Assembly (NCBI GenBank): GCA_004764695.1
Contig: SMSO01000031.1
Span: 5,748,761 to 5,812,760, forward strand
Reading direction: 5' to 3'
Origin: Schizochytrium sp. TIO01
Taxonomy: Eukaryota > Protista > Bigyra: Labyrinthulomycetes
Length of the DNA: 64,000 bases
Below, in pieces: positions 26,480 to 37,294 of the stretch. Position numbers and translations under genes: made by a program. The first letter of the stretch is position 1. The number at the start of each line of letters is the position of its first letter. Below the pieces are notes generated by a model that saw only the letters and a list, made by a program, of their open reading frames with translations, did not search any database and was not told where the DNA came from.

Positions 26480-27831
26480 TCATTCTGACTGCCGTCATTA
26501 CTCCAATCCCTGAACACGGCTTGGTTCTACGCTTCTCCATACTTCTGAGCTGCTCTAGCCAGCCCGTCAAGAGATAATTTTACAGGGATCTTCCTTTTAA
26601 TAGAAAGACATACATCTATAGAAAGGCTTTAAGAAAGCTACCTACTGCAACTAACACCTAAAAATGTGACGGAATCGTCGTCACCTCAAAACTACAACTA
26701 AAATTACTACCCTTACCTGTGACTAAGAAAAAAAATATACTACGATTATAAATCTCAACTTGGCATTATTATTTTCACATTAGTTCATGTCCACGTGACT
26801 AAAAGTGCAGGCTACTGATGGTAAAATATCTTCGTTATAGCACATTCTTGCAGAGTTGACATCCACGATATCTGAGAACTATCACTACATAACCACCTAG
26901 TAGGTACCCAGCTAGCCGTTATGATCTAATGATCCCTGTAGAGGACGTTTTACAAAGGTCCCTTCGTATTGGTGGTTCCGAGTTGCGTCACGCTAGAACT
27001 CGGTAGATCCTTTCTAGTTCTACGTCGAAGCAACAGTACAAGGCCCAGCACTACTACTAGAGTAGTACTTGGAATTCATAGCTGGTAGATACCTACCTAC
27101 CTTGGTGTTTGGTAGCTAATACATAGACAAAGGTAACACCCTTATATAGTTGATTTATGAAGTAGCTTTGGGCAACATGTGCTTCTTCTTCTATTACTAC
27201 TAGGTACTCACCTAGTGACAACAGTCAGTCATCTGTTTGGCTACTGCTTCGCCATCATGAACACGTCCGACCACTTCGAGGACACAACCAACTCAAGGTC
27301 GTCATACAAGGAGCGCACTGCTCGTGGGCCCTTTGGTTGTTGCACTATAAATCGCATAAGAAAGAACGAACGAACTAATTTGCTTTGGCCATCACTTGTA
27401 ATGGAATAGGTATTTTGCCTTTTCGTCCTTTGGTGTCCCTCCCTTTTAGCCAATTTGCATATCTTCTTCTACCTTCTCGCTATGACCTAACGAGGAAACC
27501 ATCAGACTCTCAGAACAACCCATTTATCGAGGAGAAAGTCAACTCTCACTCCTTCTACTACTTGTACTAAAATGTAAGGCACGTATCATCTCAGGTACCT
27601 ACAGTCTGTATGTATTATGAAACAATGTAGTTGCCAACCTACCCATTAGTTCTATGATGCCAGAATTCGTGCCGGCTGTTCACTTCGGCTCTTGGTCCTT
27701 TCTCTGAGATAGCCTCTTCACCTGGCAACTTCTACACATCCATTCACAGCTCCAAACGGCAACCAGAGAAGAATCACAGAAAGACCCTCGTTCCTTGTGT
27801 GCATGAGTTGGTCACATTCAATACCTCATCC

Positions 27832-27992
<161 letters not shown>

Positions 27993-28363
27993 TTATCAGT
28001 TATACAGCTCCACAATAGACTATACCGCCGCACAGCCTTCTCTACAGTAAAGTATTCACCTTTACAATAGAGCAAACCCATAGCCAAAGCCGCCTTTACA
28101 CCCAAGCTCTTTAGATGGCCCCTGTCCAACCAGATTCCCAAACATTCCCCCTGTTCCCCCATATGTGCCGAGTTGATTCGCTTTCGGGCGCGGTGTTTGG
28201 GAGAGGGGTTAGGGTGAATTAGTTCCGGCGCATTGGGGCGCCGAAGAGTTGTCTGGCTGCGCAAGAGGGGGGGCAGGAAGGGAGAGCAGAGAAGGGCGCG
28301 ATTGGCGGCGGCAGACCACAAGAGCTTGGCTAGGCTTGGAAAGCGTGCAGCGCGACAGGCAAG

Positions 28364-29697
28364 ATGAAGACCATCACGGCGTCGCGCCTCGTGCCCATCC
28401 CCGAGGGCGGTAAGTGATCGCTGCCTGCTCTACGCTCGACCGGAGACCTCACGTGGACGCCTGACTGCCGCATGGAGACGCATGGATGGATGCCATGCGC
28501 TCATGCTGACTTGACTCGACCTGAGCACGGACCCTGCCGGAGACTACTTCTTCAAAGACATTGACCTGAAGGACGCAGCTGCTTGTGAATGCCGGGATCT
28601 CGTCGTGAATTCCGCTAAGGTTTACAATGAACTGCGATCTTCGTCGGTTGACGGGATGAAGAAGCAATTTCTGTCTGGGTTGGGACCTGCTGCTAGAGAA
28701 CGATCGCCAAGTGTTTGAGGCGTTTTGGGCGACTTGGTTTTTGCATCCTCCTGGATAAGTGCGAGACTTTAGAAGCTTGAAACTACGCGATACTGTGGGC
28801 GCTGTTTGGAGTCATGCGTGGCGGATATGGAATGTTTACGATTGAGGGATTTTGGTGGAGCGGAGACGCATAGGTACTCTGCGTATACTTTGAGTGCATG
28901 CTGTGGACCACAGAGCTTTCATTTCGTTGTGGGCTAAACATTGTAAAACTTGACTTTGGTTGATCATATGCACTACTGTTGGTTTGGTCGTATGGATGCA
29001 AATGTCTAGTTGCAACGAGGGTTCGCTAATGCACTTAAAGTATGACGTAGAGTTGAGGGTACATGGAAAGAAACAGGAATAACTAACTTGATGATGGTTT
29101 GTGCTTGCTCATTCACAATGCAAAATTGTTTTGGTTGGATCGTCACTTTATTCGTGCATATTTACAGTTGAGGTTTCCCTCAAGGCCCGCACGGTCACTG
29201 TCGATGGCCCCCGCGGTCAGCTTCAGCGCAACTATGACCACCAGTACATCGAGATCACCAAGGTCGAGAAGGGTGAGAAGTCCTTCATCAAGGTCCAGAA
29301 GTGGCAAGGCCTCAAGAAGGAGCTTGCCTGCATTCGCTCCATCTGCCAGTCCATCCAGAACATGTTCACTGGTGTCACCAAGGGCTACCGCTACAAGATG
29401 CGTCTCGTGTACGCTCACTTTCCCATCAACGCTGTGATCAACGGCAACAAGGAGATCGAGATCCGCAACTTCTTGGGCCAGAAGAAGGTTTTCCGCGTCA
29501 ACATGCGCGCTGACACCGTCATCGAGAAGTGCAACAAGGTCAAGGACCAGCTTATCCTCGAGGGCAACGATATCGACGCTGTTTCCCAGTCTGCCGCTGA
29601 GATCCAGTGCAAGTGCAAGGTGCGCAACAAGGATATCCGTAAGTTCCTCGATGGTGTGTACGTCTCTGAGAAGGGCCCTATTGAGGAAGAGGAGTAA
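28364..29697 (+). CDS. RPL9: 60S ribosomal protein L9 (uL6), exons 28364-28409 and 29168-29697
   Basis: Exon 1 MKTITASRLVPIPEG|gtaagt joins via tttacag| to VEVSLKARTVTVDGPRG...GVTKGYRYKMRLVYAHFPIN...IEIRNFLG...KDIRKFLDGVYVSEKG. Strong C/G-ending codon bias. Confidence 0.97.
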
Positions 29698-31228
29698 TTT
29701 GCACATCTATTGCTATTTCTTGGGTTTTTCATTTTTTGATTTCACCCTCGTATGAATTGTCTCCTTGTCTTTTCTTGACTCCCTTGCTCTTTTCCCGTTG
29801 CTGATGTTGTCACCAATTATAGAGTATTTTGATCTATACTAGTGAGTAATAGAAGTGACTGGTCAATTGCACTTGGGGTATTCCAAGGCCGATAAGCCCA
29901 CACGAGTCTCCTTAGCCTTTTGCTTATGAGACATCGGTTTATCTGTGCACCTTTTCTTCTCCACATTTCCTTCCACTCCCGTTCCATTCGAACATTATGA
30001 TGAACTTGCCGTAATCTCCATAAGGAATTTCTGCTTGAAAGCTTGCTTTATTTCTCTTTCTTCTTTGCACACTAGTGTTTCCCATTTGATTATTACCTTG
30101 TCATTATTCTTTCCATACTTGTGCCTTTCTATTTACTAGCAGTTATATATTGTGCTGTTGGTAGGAAGGATAGACAGGATACAAGAAGCGGGTATTCAAT
30201 CAATAATCTTCTTGTACGCTCTTGCAGGGTTTGTTGTTCATTTCTAGGGAAAAAAACAGTAGATCTATCCACACTGACCGTTCATTTCATGCTGTCGGAA
30301 AACATTTTAAAATTTGGTTGTCCAAGTTGAATTGAAGCAAGGTTGACGAGGTCACATAAACGTTTTTGACACCCTGAGAAAAGCATGACTCAATAAGCTT
30401 TATTTGAGATAGAATTAATTGCTCTCTGAAATGAAGAATGTTAATTGAATTTAGATGAGACTTTAAAAGTGAATATACTCATAGCTGAGTCTGCTATTAT
30501 TAATTGACAAGCCTTCATTCAATTCTTGGAACAGTCGCTAATGCATATCCATAAGGTTCGATTGCAGACACGAGAATATAGCCCAAAGGTGCTCAGCTCT
30601 GTTTTCATTTCTATTACTCTTTGGTCAAGAGGGAATATGTTTAACTTCCCAAATATTTTGAATACAAGGAAAGTTCACTCTAGCCCTCCTGTCCTTTAAA
30701 AGAACAGTGATGATTTTTTTTGATTTTTTTTGCTGCTCCACTTACTTCAACTTTGTCTTTGTATACGTTTATTGAAAGAGAGAAAGGTATAGCCTAGCTA
30801 TCTCCCTTTACATATCCTCACTACATACTCACACTACTAAATCGAGCTCAATAAACAATTGCTTGGAATGAACTTCATGAATTTCATCAAAATTTAAAGG
30901 CGGGTTACTAACATATGAAAGAGAACCCTGAGAATGGTAGCTAGAGTGCCTTATTTTTCATGTGGCAACGGTCAGCGATACGTAGAAGTCAAGAAAAAGG
31001 GCAAGGAAATGATATTTGATGAAAATGCTATGTAAGCGTAGTGTAGTTTCATGTAGATGTTTAATTGTAACGAGATGAAGGGAAGGGGGTACCTTTGAAT
31101 CTATATCCAGAAGAATAGGGTTTTGTGGTGAAGCCACGCTTGTACAAACGAAGCGTGACATATGTAGCTTTGTAGAAAGCTTACTACAAAGTTGCCTAGC
31201 GTCGCAATATAGCAATTGCCTAGGGAAA

Positions 31229-32625
31229 TTAGGCTTTCATGCTATGGTCATGATTCTTCTCATCGCGCTTGCGAATTGAAGTAGCGACAAGCTCACGTAC
31301 TTTACTGTCAAGAACCTTGTGGATAAGTTGACAGCCAGCCTGAGCTTCGCTGAGAAGCTGTTGCAGTAACTCCTCGGTCACACGTACAGAGCTACTGGCC
31401 ATGCGCATCGTGAGAATCTTGTTTGTCTTTGGCAGAACCGTAAGCGCCACTTCAGGGCCTCCAGCGAGTTCTTCCATATGGTTGAGATCCAGCAGAACAG
31501 TGTGGTCAAGGTAGCCAACATTGCAGGCTGTGATAAAGTCGGACATGGGCACACCCGCATGGACAAGAGCCAGTGTTGTGGCATTGACGCATGCGGCAAG
31601 TACACCTCCGTCTGCCTGCAATATATGAACGGTGATGTCGATCTGGGATCGTTTGAACAGTTCGGTTTGAATTACTTGCGAAAATGTGTCTTCTACAAAA
31701 CTAGAGATGGCCAAAGAGCGGCGATCACCTGTATTTCAAAAATTGACATGCATTTGATGCATCAAAGAGAGTCAGTGCCCAGCTCAACTACGCAATACTA
31801 TCATAAAAAGCAATCTCCAGCAAAACAGTCATATCTTCTTCGAGGAGAATTATTGACATCAGACAGCTCTTGCCATCTTCGCAAGGTGGCTCCTTCTAAG
31901 ATTGCTGCCATTGTCATGGTCATTTGAATGTAGTATGGACTACAAGGGGTGTCAAATTAATTATGTTGCACTTACCAGGGCGTCGCCTCCTTCGCTCCGT
32001 TGTACTAAAGGGAGCTTGGGAGACTTCACATTTTACAATGGCGCGATCATGCAGGGCACTGTGATATCATGTGTTTATGTGGTGTGATAATGGTGATCAG
32101 TGAGCACCGAGTCATCACGTTAGTCATCAGTTTCCAAATCCTGAACATTTCTCATTAGTGGCTCAGCCGTCTAGCGATGATGATTATAAACCGGGGTTCT
32201 TTCATCTCATCTTAAAACTAAAGGCTATCACCCTCACATGGCAACACATCAATTTTAACCTCTACTCAATTAGTTGAGAGACTTCAAAGTTGCCCTACGA
32301 ATCTGGGTAATTGCAAATATGTTCTTGCGACATAACTGAGAGCGTGAACAAGCACGACTAATCCACCCGACAATGGTGGTGGCCATCTTCATCATCTTCT
32401 TCATCTACATCAGGACGAAGTTTTCACTGCATTGATTCCCACTTACTCAGACCTCTGCGCCACTTCTCGCGGGCCGTAGACACAGACGAGGACCTTGGTG
32501 AGACCCTGGTCAAGCATGGCAGAGCCATCGCTGTCGCTCACCGGCCCAAACGAGCACCGAACCTTGCGGACCTCGCTTCCGCGACGACCATCGCCACGAA
32601 GGCCCGAAAGTTGCACGAACTCCAT
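31229..32625 (-). CDS. RRP41: Exosome complex component RRP41/EXOSC4, exons 32447-32625, 31976-32058, 31229-31728; 253 aa
   Basis: RNase PH-family motifs GLRGDGRR..EVR, DGSAMLDQGLTKVLVCVYGPRE, APFSTTERRRR.PGDRRS and SQIDITVHILQADGG..AACVNATTLAL..AGVPM.D. Introns GTAAGT...CAG join in frame. Confidence 0.93.
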
Positions 32626-33267
32626 TGCTCACGCCTTCCGGTCTTCGGACTCCGCTGCGACTTTCCTCAACTTCGATCTCTGCTCAACCTTGACTTTGAC
32701 TTCTTCGCCAGTGATAGTTGCGGTCTCAAGCGCCAATGGGGTAGGGGGGTACATTGCGTTTTAAATTTATTATAGGAAATTCATTACATGGAGTAAATGG
32801 AGTAGAAATGTGGTTTATTTTGTAAACTACCCCCTCCTACCTTTGTCAACGGAAGAAGCCCAAAGTTGCGTTGAGATTGGAGAAACTAGCAAGAACATTG
32901 AATGCGACAGAACGCTATCGACGGGACTGCGTAGACTTGCAATTCATGCGGACGGAGTTAAGGACAATATAGGCTACTTTATTTTGCATTCGAGTACTGG
33001 TTCTGGTTTTTGGTTATCTCGATAGTATCTGTAAAGAGTTGTGCAAGCAGATTGCGCTTGTATCGAGACGTTGGGACTTTACAGCTACAGCTGACGACAG
33101 TCTTGAAGAAGAAGAGTTCGCGTGAAGACCAGGAAAGGTTTTACGTAAAGAATTCACGAGGGAAGAGCTGTAGGTGGGCAGCTCAAAGGCAGAGAGTGTA
33201 CGAGTATAGTAGATTGGTGGGGGGTTCTGCTATCTTGATTCTGTAAAGGCAGAGAGTTCTCGTGAAG
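32626..33267. promoter_or_regulatory. Probable bidirectional promoter between RRP41 and kintoun
   Basis: Head-to-head start codons separated by 642 nt, with an AT-rich core near 32760-32825. Confidence 0.5.
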
Positions 33268-35697
33268 ATGTCGTCTGCTACTCCTCGACAGAAGATGGCA
33301 GATATGCCGGATGATGAGTTTAATGCTTACTTTCAAGCGGCTATGAAAAGCAGCAACACAGGAAATTTTAAAATGACAAATGACGAGCAGCAGAAGATTA
33401 TGGAGGCGATGAAGAAACCTGAGTTTGGAAAACTTCTGCGAGAATATATGGATGAGATCTCTGATCCGAAGAATCGTGAGGAGCAAGAGCAGTACCTTCG
33501 CCAACTCGAACGTGAAAATCAGGTACCAGAGGGTATCCAGCTTGCGTACCCGAAGCCAGGATTTGTTGTTAAAGCTAAACGGCTCGAATCAGGCAAGGAG
33601 TCAGGAAAGCTCTTTATTAACATTTGTAGTTTGGAGGAACTTGAAAAGCCTTCGGCAAAGCGTTCTGCGAAGGGAGTGCAATGGAATTTGCCATACTCTT
33701 TGGGGCCTCTGCGACATGAACGCGATAACCGTGGCGAGGCACACCCAACATTTGATTTCGCTCTTCATCCAGAGGTTTTGCAGCGCTGCTTTCGTGATGA
33801 TCGCTTCCGGAAGATGGTCATTGACACCGCTACTGATGCTGTTGATAAGCGCATTGCAGAAGTGATGAAGTCAGACGTCAAAATCAATCGCTTAACAGTT
33901 CGTGTACTTCAGAATGTAGCTTGCATGGGCGGAAAGCCAGCTGTGATGCAGATCGGACGCACAGGTGAGGCCTTGGCCAAAAATACAAAAGCAGCAACAT
34001 CTGGTGCAATCACATCAAAGCCTAATGCAGATAGCAAGAAGGAGAATGATGTGATTGGTAACAATGGTACTGGTAAGAGTGCAAACCAGAAAACTAAGCT
34101 GGGGTCAAGTGATGTCAAGACGAGATCTGCTCCTAACACTGAGGGATCCAATGATATTCAAGGTAACACTGCTGCGACAACTACGAAGAAAGCTGGGATC
34201 GAGGTTCTTTCGGAGACGAATGTGTCAGAAAAGGAACCTGTTCCGCCCAGCAATGAGCCCAAATATACAATAACTCATCGCGGTAAGATGGAATTGGCTG
34301 ATTTTGTCAGTGATGAGCGTCTTCGTTCTCAAGCCGCTTTGTTAAATAGGAGACCTAAAGAGCTTGTTCTCCGTGTTCAGGTCCCTAAGTTGAAATCAGC
34401 AAAGTACTTAGATATTGAGACCTCTGGCAATACGTTCAAGCTTTGCACTGTAGTTGACGCTCCTGCCGAGTATGAGCTTCACGTGGATCTCCCTTACCCT
34501 GTGGACGAGGAATCTGGTGCTGCAAAGTTCGACAAATCAGCTCGGATTCTCGAAGTTGTTCTTCCCGTTATTCCTCCCTCACCTGAGGAGATTGAACGTC
34601 TTTCCCGTCAGCAACAGGAGCAGCAGGAGAAGCGCTACTCCAGCACGAATACGACTCCAGCTCCACCGACTGCTGCTCAGCAGCTAGTGGAAGAGGTCGC
34701 GCCTATATCATCTCAGGCCGCAGATTCTGAGGTGCTCAAGTCTGAGCCTTCATCTACTTCACTCACTGATAATGCTTCGCTCAACTCATGCGTAGAAGAA
34801 CTCCATGGTTCTGAAAGCCCTTCCCAAGTTCAAGAACAAGTCGATGACCTTGACGTCGCTCGCGGCGACCCGAAAGAAGCTGACCAAGATGGACGAAAAC
34901 ACAATCTCGGCCAAGACGCTAGAGTGACCTCGGAGTCACTTGTGACCCCCTCCGAAATGCCAGCTACCCCTACTCCAACTCTTAATCCCACTAGCTCCTC
35001 ATCTCCAGCAGGAGACTCGCAGGCCTCGCTGCCTTCCGAGCCCTCCCAACCTGCCGAGAACACCCAAGCATTGATCTCCGCCACCAACGATGATGAGCAA
35101 CGCCTCGCTGAGATTATCGCGGCCGCCAAGGCAGCAGCACAAAAGCCCCTGCCAAGGGCGGAAGATTTCCTCCCAGCCCAGGCCCATAGAGCCGTTGCAG
35201 GCGCACCAGTGTGCCGAGAGGCCTCGATTGATGGTGGAGAGGCCTCGGAAACCCTGGGCTCGAGCGTGGAGGATGTCTTGTCGCAGGAGCTGGAGGCACA
35301 AGGCTCTCGTGTGAAGGGTCCTGCTAGGGATGCATCTTGCGTCGAGAGTGCTGAGAAGGGACTCTTTGAGGCAGCAGCTGTCTTTGGAGGAGCGAGACCT
35401 GGGTTTGTCTTCAAGCTAGGCCAGCGGGGCCTGGGGTATTACAAGGACGACGTACATGACGAGAAGGGCGCAGGAATTAAAGGCGAATTAAAAGAAGAGA
35501 AAGCGGCTCAGAGCTCGAGCAACCAAAGCGAAGGTGTAGAGCAAGAGGACGCGGCGAAGCAGGAGGACCAGGGTCGTGCAAGCGAGAAGGACAAGGATCT
35601 GCGATGCGAGGATGAAGCAAGTGTACGGTCAAGCCAGGGCAAGGCGATTACTTCCCGCCTCGAGTTGCGCAATAAAAGCATTTTTGAGCTCGACTAA
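33268..35697 (+). CDS. DNAAF2: Kintoun / dynein axonemal assembly factor 2 (PF13), PIH1 plus CS domains
   Basis: Kintoun N-terminal signature EFGKLLREYMDEISDPKNREEQEQYLRQLE, PIH1 motifs PKPGFVVK, KLFINICS and WNLPYSLG, CS-like YELHVDLPYPVDEESGAAKFDKSARILEVVLPV, C-terminal IFELD. First ATG at 33268. Confidence 0.88.
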   Translation: MSSATPRQKMADMPDDEFNAYFQAAMKSSNTGNFKMTNDEQQKIMEAMKKPEFGKLLREYMDEISDPKNREEQEQYLRQLERENQVPEGIQLAYPKPGFVVKAKRLESGKESGKLFINICSLEELEKPSAKRSAKGVQWNLPYSLGPLRHERDNRGEAHPTFDFALHPEVLQRCFRDDRFRKMVIDTATDAVDKRIAEVMKSDVKINRLTVRVLQNVACMGGKPAVMQIGRTGEALAKNTKAATSGAITSKPNADSKKENDVIGNNGTGKSANQKTKLGSSDVKTRSAPNTEGSNDIQGNTAATTTKKAGIEVLSETNVSEKEPVPPSNEPKYTITHRGKMELADFVSDERLRSQAALLNRRPKELVLRVQVPKLKSAKYLDIETSGNTFKLCTVVDAPAEYELHVDLPYPVDEESGAAKFDKSARILEVVLPVIPPSPEEIERLSRQQQEQQEKRYSSTNTTPAPPTAAQQLVEEVAPISSQAADSEVLKSEPSSTSLTDNASLNSCVEELHGSESPSQVQEQVDDLDVARGDPKEADQDGRKHNLGQDARVTSESLVTPSEMPATPTPTLNPTSSSSPAGDSQASLPSEPSQPAENTQALISATNDDEQRLAEIIAAAKAAAQKPLPRAEDFLPAQAHRAVAGAPVCREASIDGGEASETLGSSVEDVLSQELEAQGSRVKGPARDASCVESAEKGLFEAAAVFGGARPGFVFKLGQRGLGYYKDDVHDEKGAGIKGELKEEKAAQSSSNQSEGVEQEDAAKQEDQGRASEKDKDLRCEDEASVRSSQGKAITSRLELRNKSIFELD

Positions 35698-36700
35698 AGC
35701 TTTTAGTTACAAGGTGCGGACTTGAAAATCCTCCGACCGCAACTGAAACGGTGGTCGAGAATGCACATCACGGCAATAAGAGTGTGTGCGACCGCGTGTC
35801 TCATGCAGCTCAATATATAGTATAGACACGAGAAAGGGGAAAACCTAGGTAAAGTCATGGAAGGTAATTATTGCACTCAAAGTTGTGTTTGTCGGCGTTT
35901 TAGTCAATTAAACAGAAGAAAACGAAAAGGCCAAGAAAGCTTGAGAGAGGAAAACACGGCTACGATAGTGCCACCCAACTAGGACATAGAGCTTCACCTA
36001 GTACTAGGCTCGATTGTCATCATCGACACACACAAGGCTTATTATTGGGCGAGGGAAACTAATCCTGCGGCCAAAAAATGGACTTGCTAAACCAGAAACA
36101 AATAAGAATGATTCTTGATAAATTTACGTTTTTTGCTACCACCTTAATTAATCACTGGATGTGTACTAGGAACGGTGCGTCCATGAAGGGGGGAATGACC
36201 TACGAGCTGCTAAACAACTTGAAGATTACTATGACAAGAACAGCTGAGTTTGATAGGGCACGGAAGCTTTGTAATAAGCACGAGAAAAAAAAAAAGAAAA
36301 AGGAAAATGGGCAAAGATCAGGACGGCGATCTGTGGGTCTCTCAAGAACAAAACGCAATCATGGATTTTACTACTTACTACATGTGTTATAACTCCTTCT
36401 GAGGATGTGAGAAGCTAAGGACATAGAGAGAGAAAGAGAAGAAAACATAGCGAGCAGAGAGATAAAAAACTCAGACAGAGGTAATGTAGATAGATAAGCA
36501 GATATGCATACAAGGAGCAGACCTGGAATGCGGAAAACGCAACTTCAGAAGCTAAAAGGGCACATGGGCCAGCCAGCATCGTACCAAGATGGATAACACA
36601 GTGATACCTGGGTAGTTGGTTACGAAGCTCCTACATAGGGAAACAATTAATCTCTACTCATACATGTTTTCAAGATCGAAGATCAGACATGTTCACACGA

Positions 36701-37294
36701 TTAAGAGCAGTGCTCTTTAACGAGGTTACGAAGCTTGTCCTCGATTGCTCCACTGAGGCGTCCAACCTCATTGCCGCCTTTGTAGACAATAAAGGTGGGC
36801 ATGGCGGCCACAAGTGCTTTGGCGGAAATATCATCAAGCTCATCGACGTCAATTTCAACAAATTTGGCAACGTTCTTCTCAGCATTGACAGATGCACAAA
36901 GCTCTTTATACACAGGGCTGATTTTTTTACACGGTCCACACCAGCTTGCGGTGAATTTGACGATCAACGCGAGGTTTTGGCTACGCGAGTTGGATAGCCT
37001 GTCCTCCCAGACATCCTCGTCATGGATCATTTCAATTTGTTTAGTGGACTCTTTCCACGTGGCAGAGACGCTTGAGGCTTTAGGGGATTCCGTGGTCTCT
37101 TCCTCAGCTGGGTTACTCTCGTCAATCATGGGCCTTTTCAGCATGCAGACGCCGTTCTCGCAGTGCATTTCTCCCTCTGCAGGAGCACCGTACCACCAGG
37201 CCTTAATATAATCGCGGCATTTCACAAGAAACGCAATAATCACAGGCACCACAGCATAAAGTGGGATGCAAACGGGTCCTAAGCAGATGATCAT
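36701..37294 (-). CDS. Thioredoxin with N-terminal hydrophobic anchor
   Basis: VKFTASWCGPCKKI active site, FVEIDVDE and AMPTF cis-Pro loop. N-terminus MIICLGPVCIPLYAVVPVIIAFLVK is hydrophobic. Confidence 0.93.
   Translation of the reverse strand: MIICLGPVCIPLYAVVPVIIAFLVKCRDYIKAWWYGAPAEGEMHCENGVCMLKRPMIDESNPAEEETTESPKASSVSATWKESTKQIEMIHDEDVWEDRLSNSRSQNLALIVKFTASWCGPCKKISPVYKELCASVNAEKNVAKFVEIDVDELDDISAKALVAAMPTFIVYKGGNEVGRLSGAIEDKLRNLVKEHCS

Noticed and set aside
28410-29167. Intronic snoRNA in the long RPL9 intron
   Set aside because: I found no convincing C (RTGATGA) and D (CTGA) box pair with a terminal stem, and no clear H/ACA layout; a snoscan or Infernal run would be needed.
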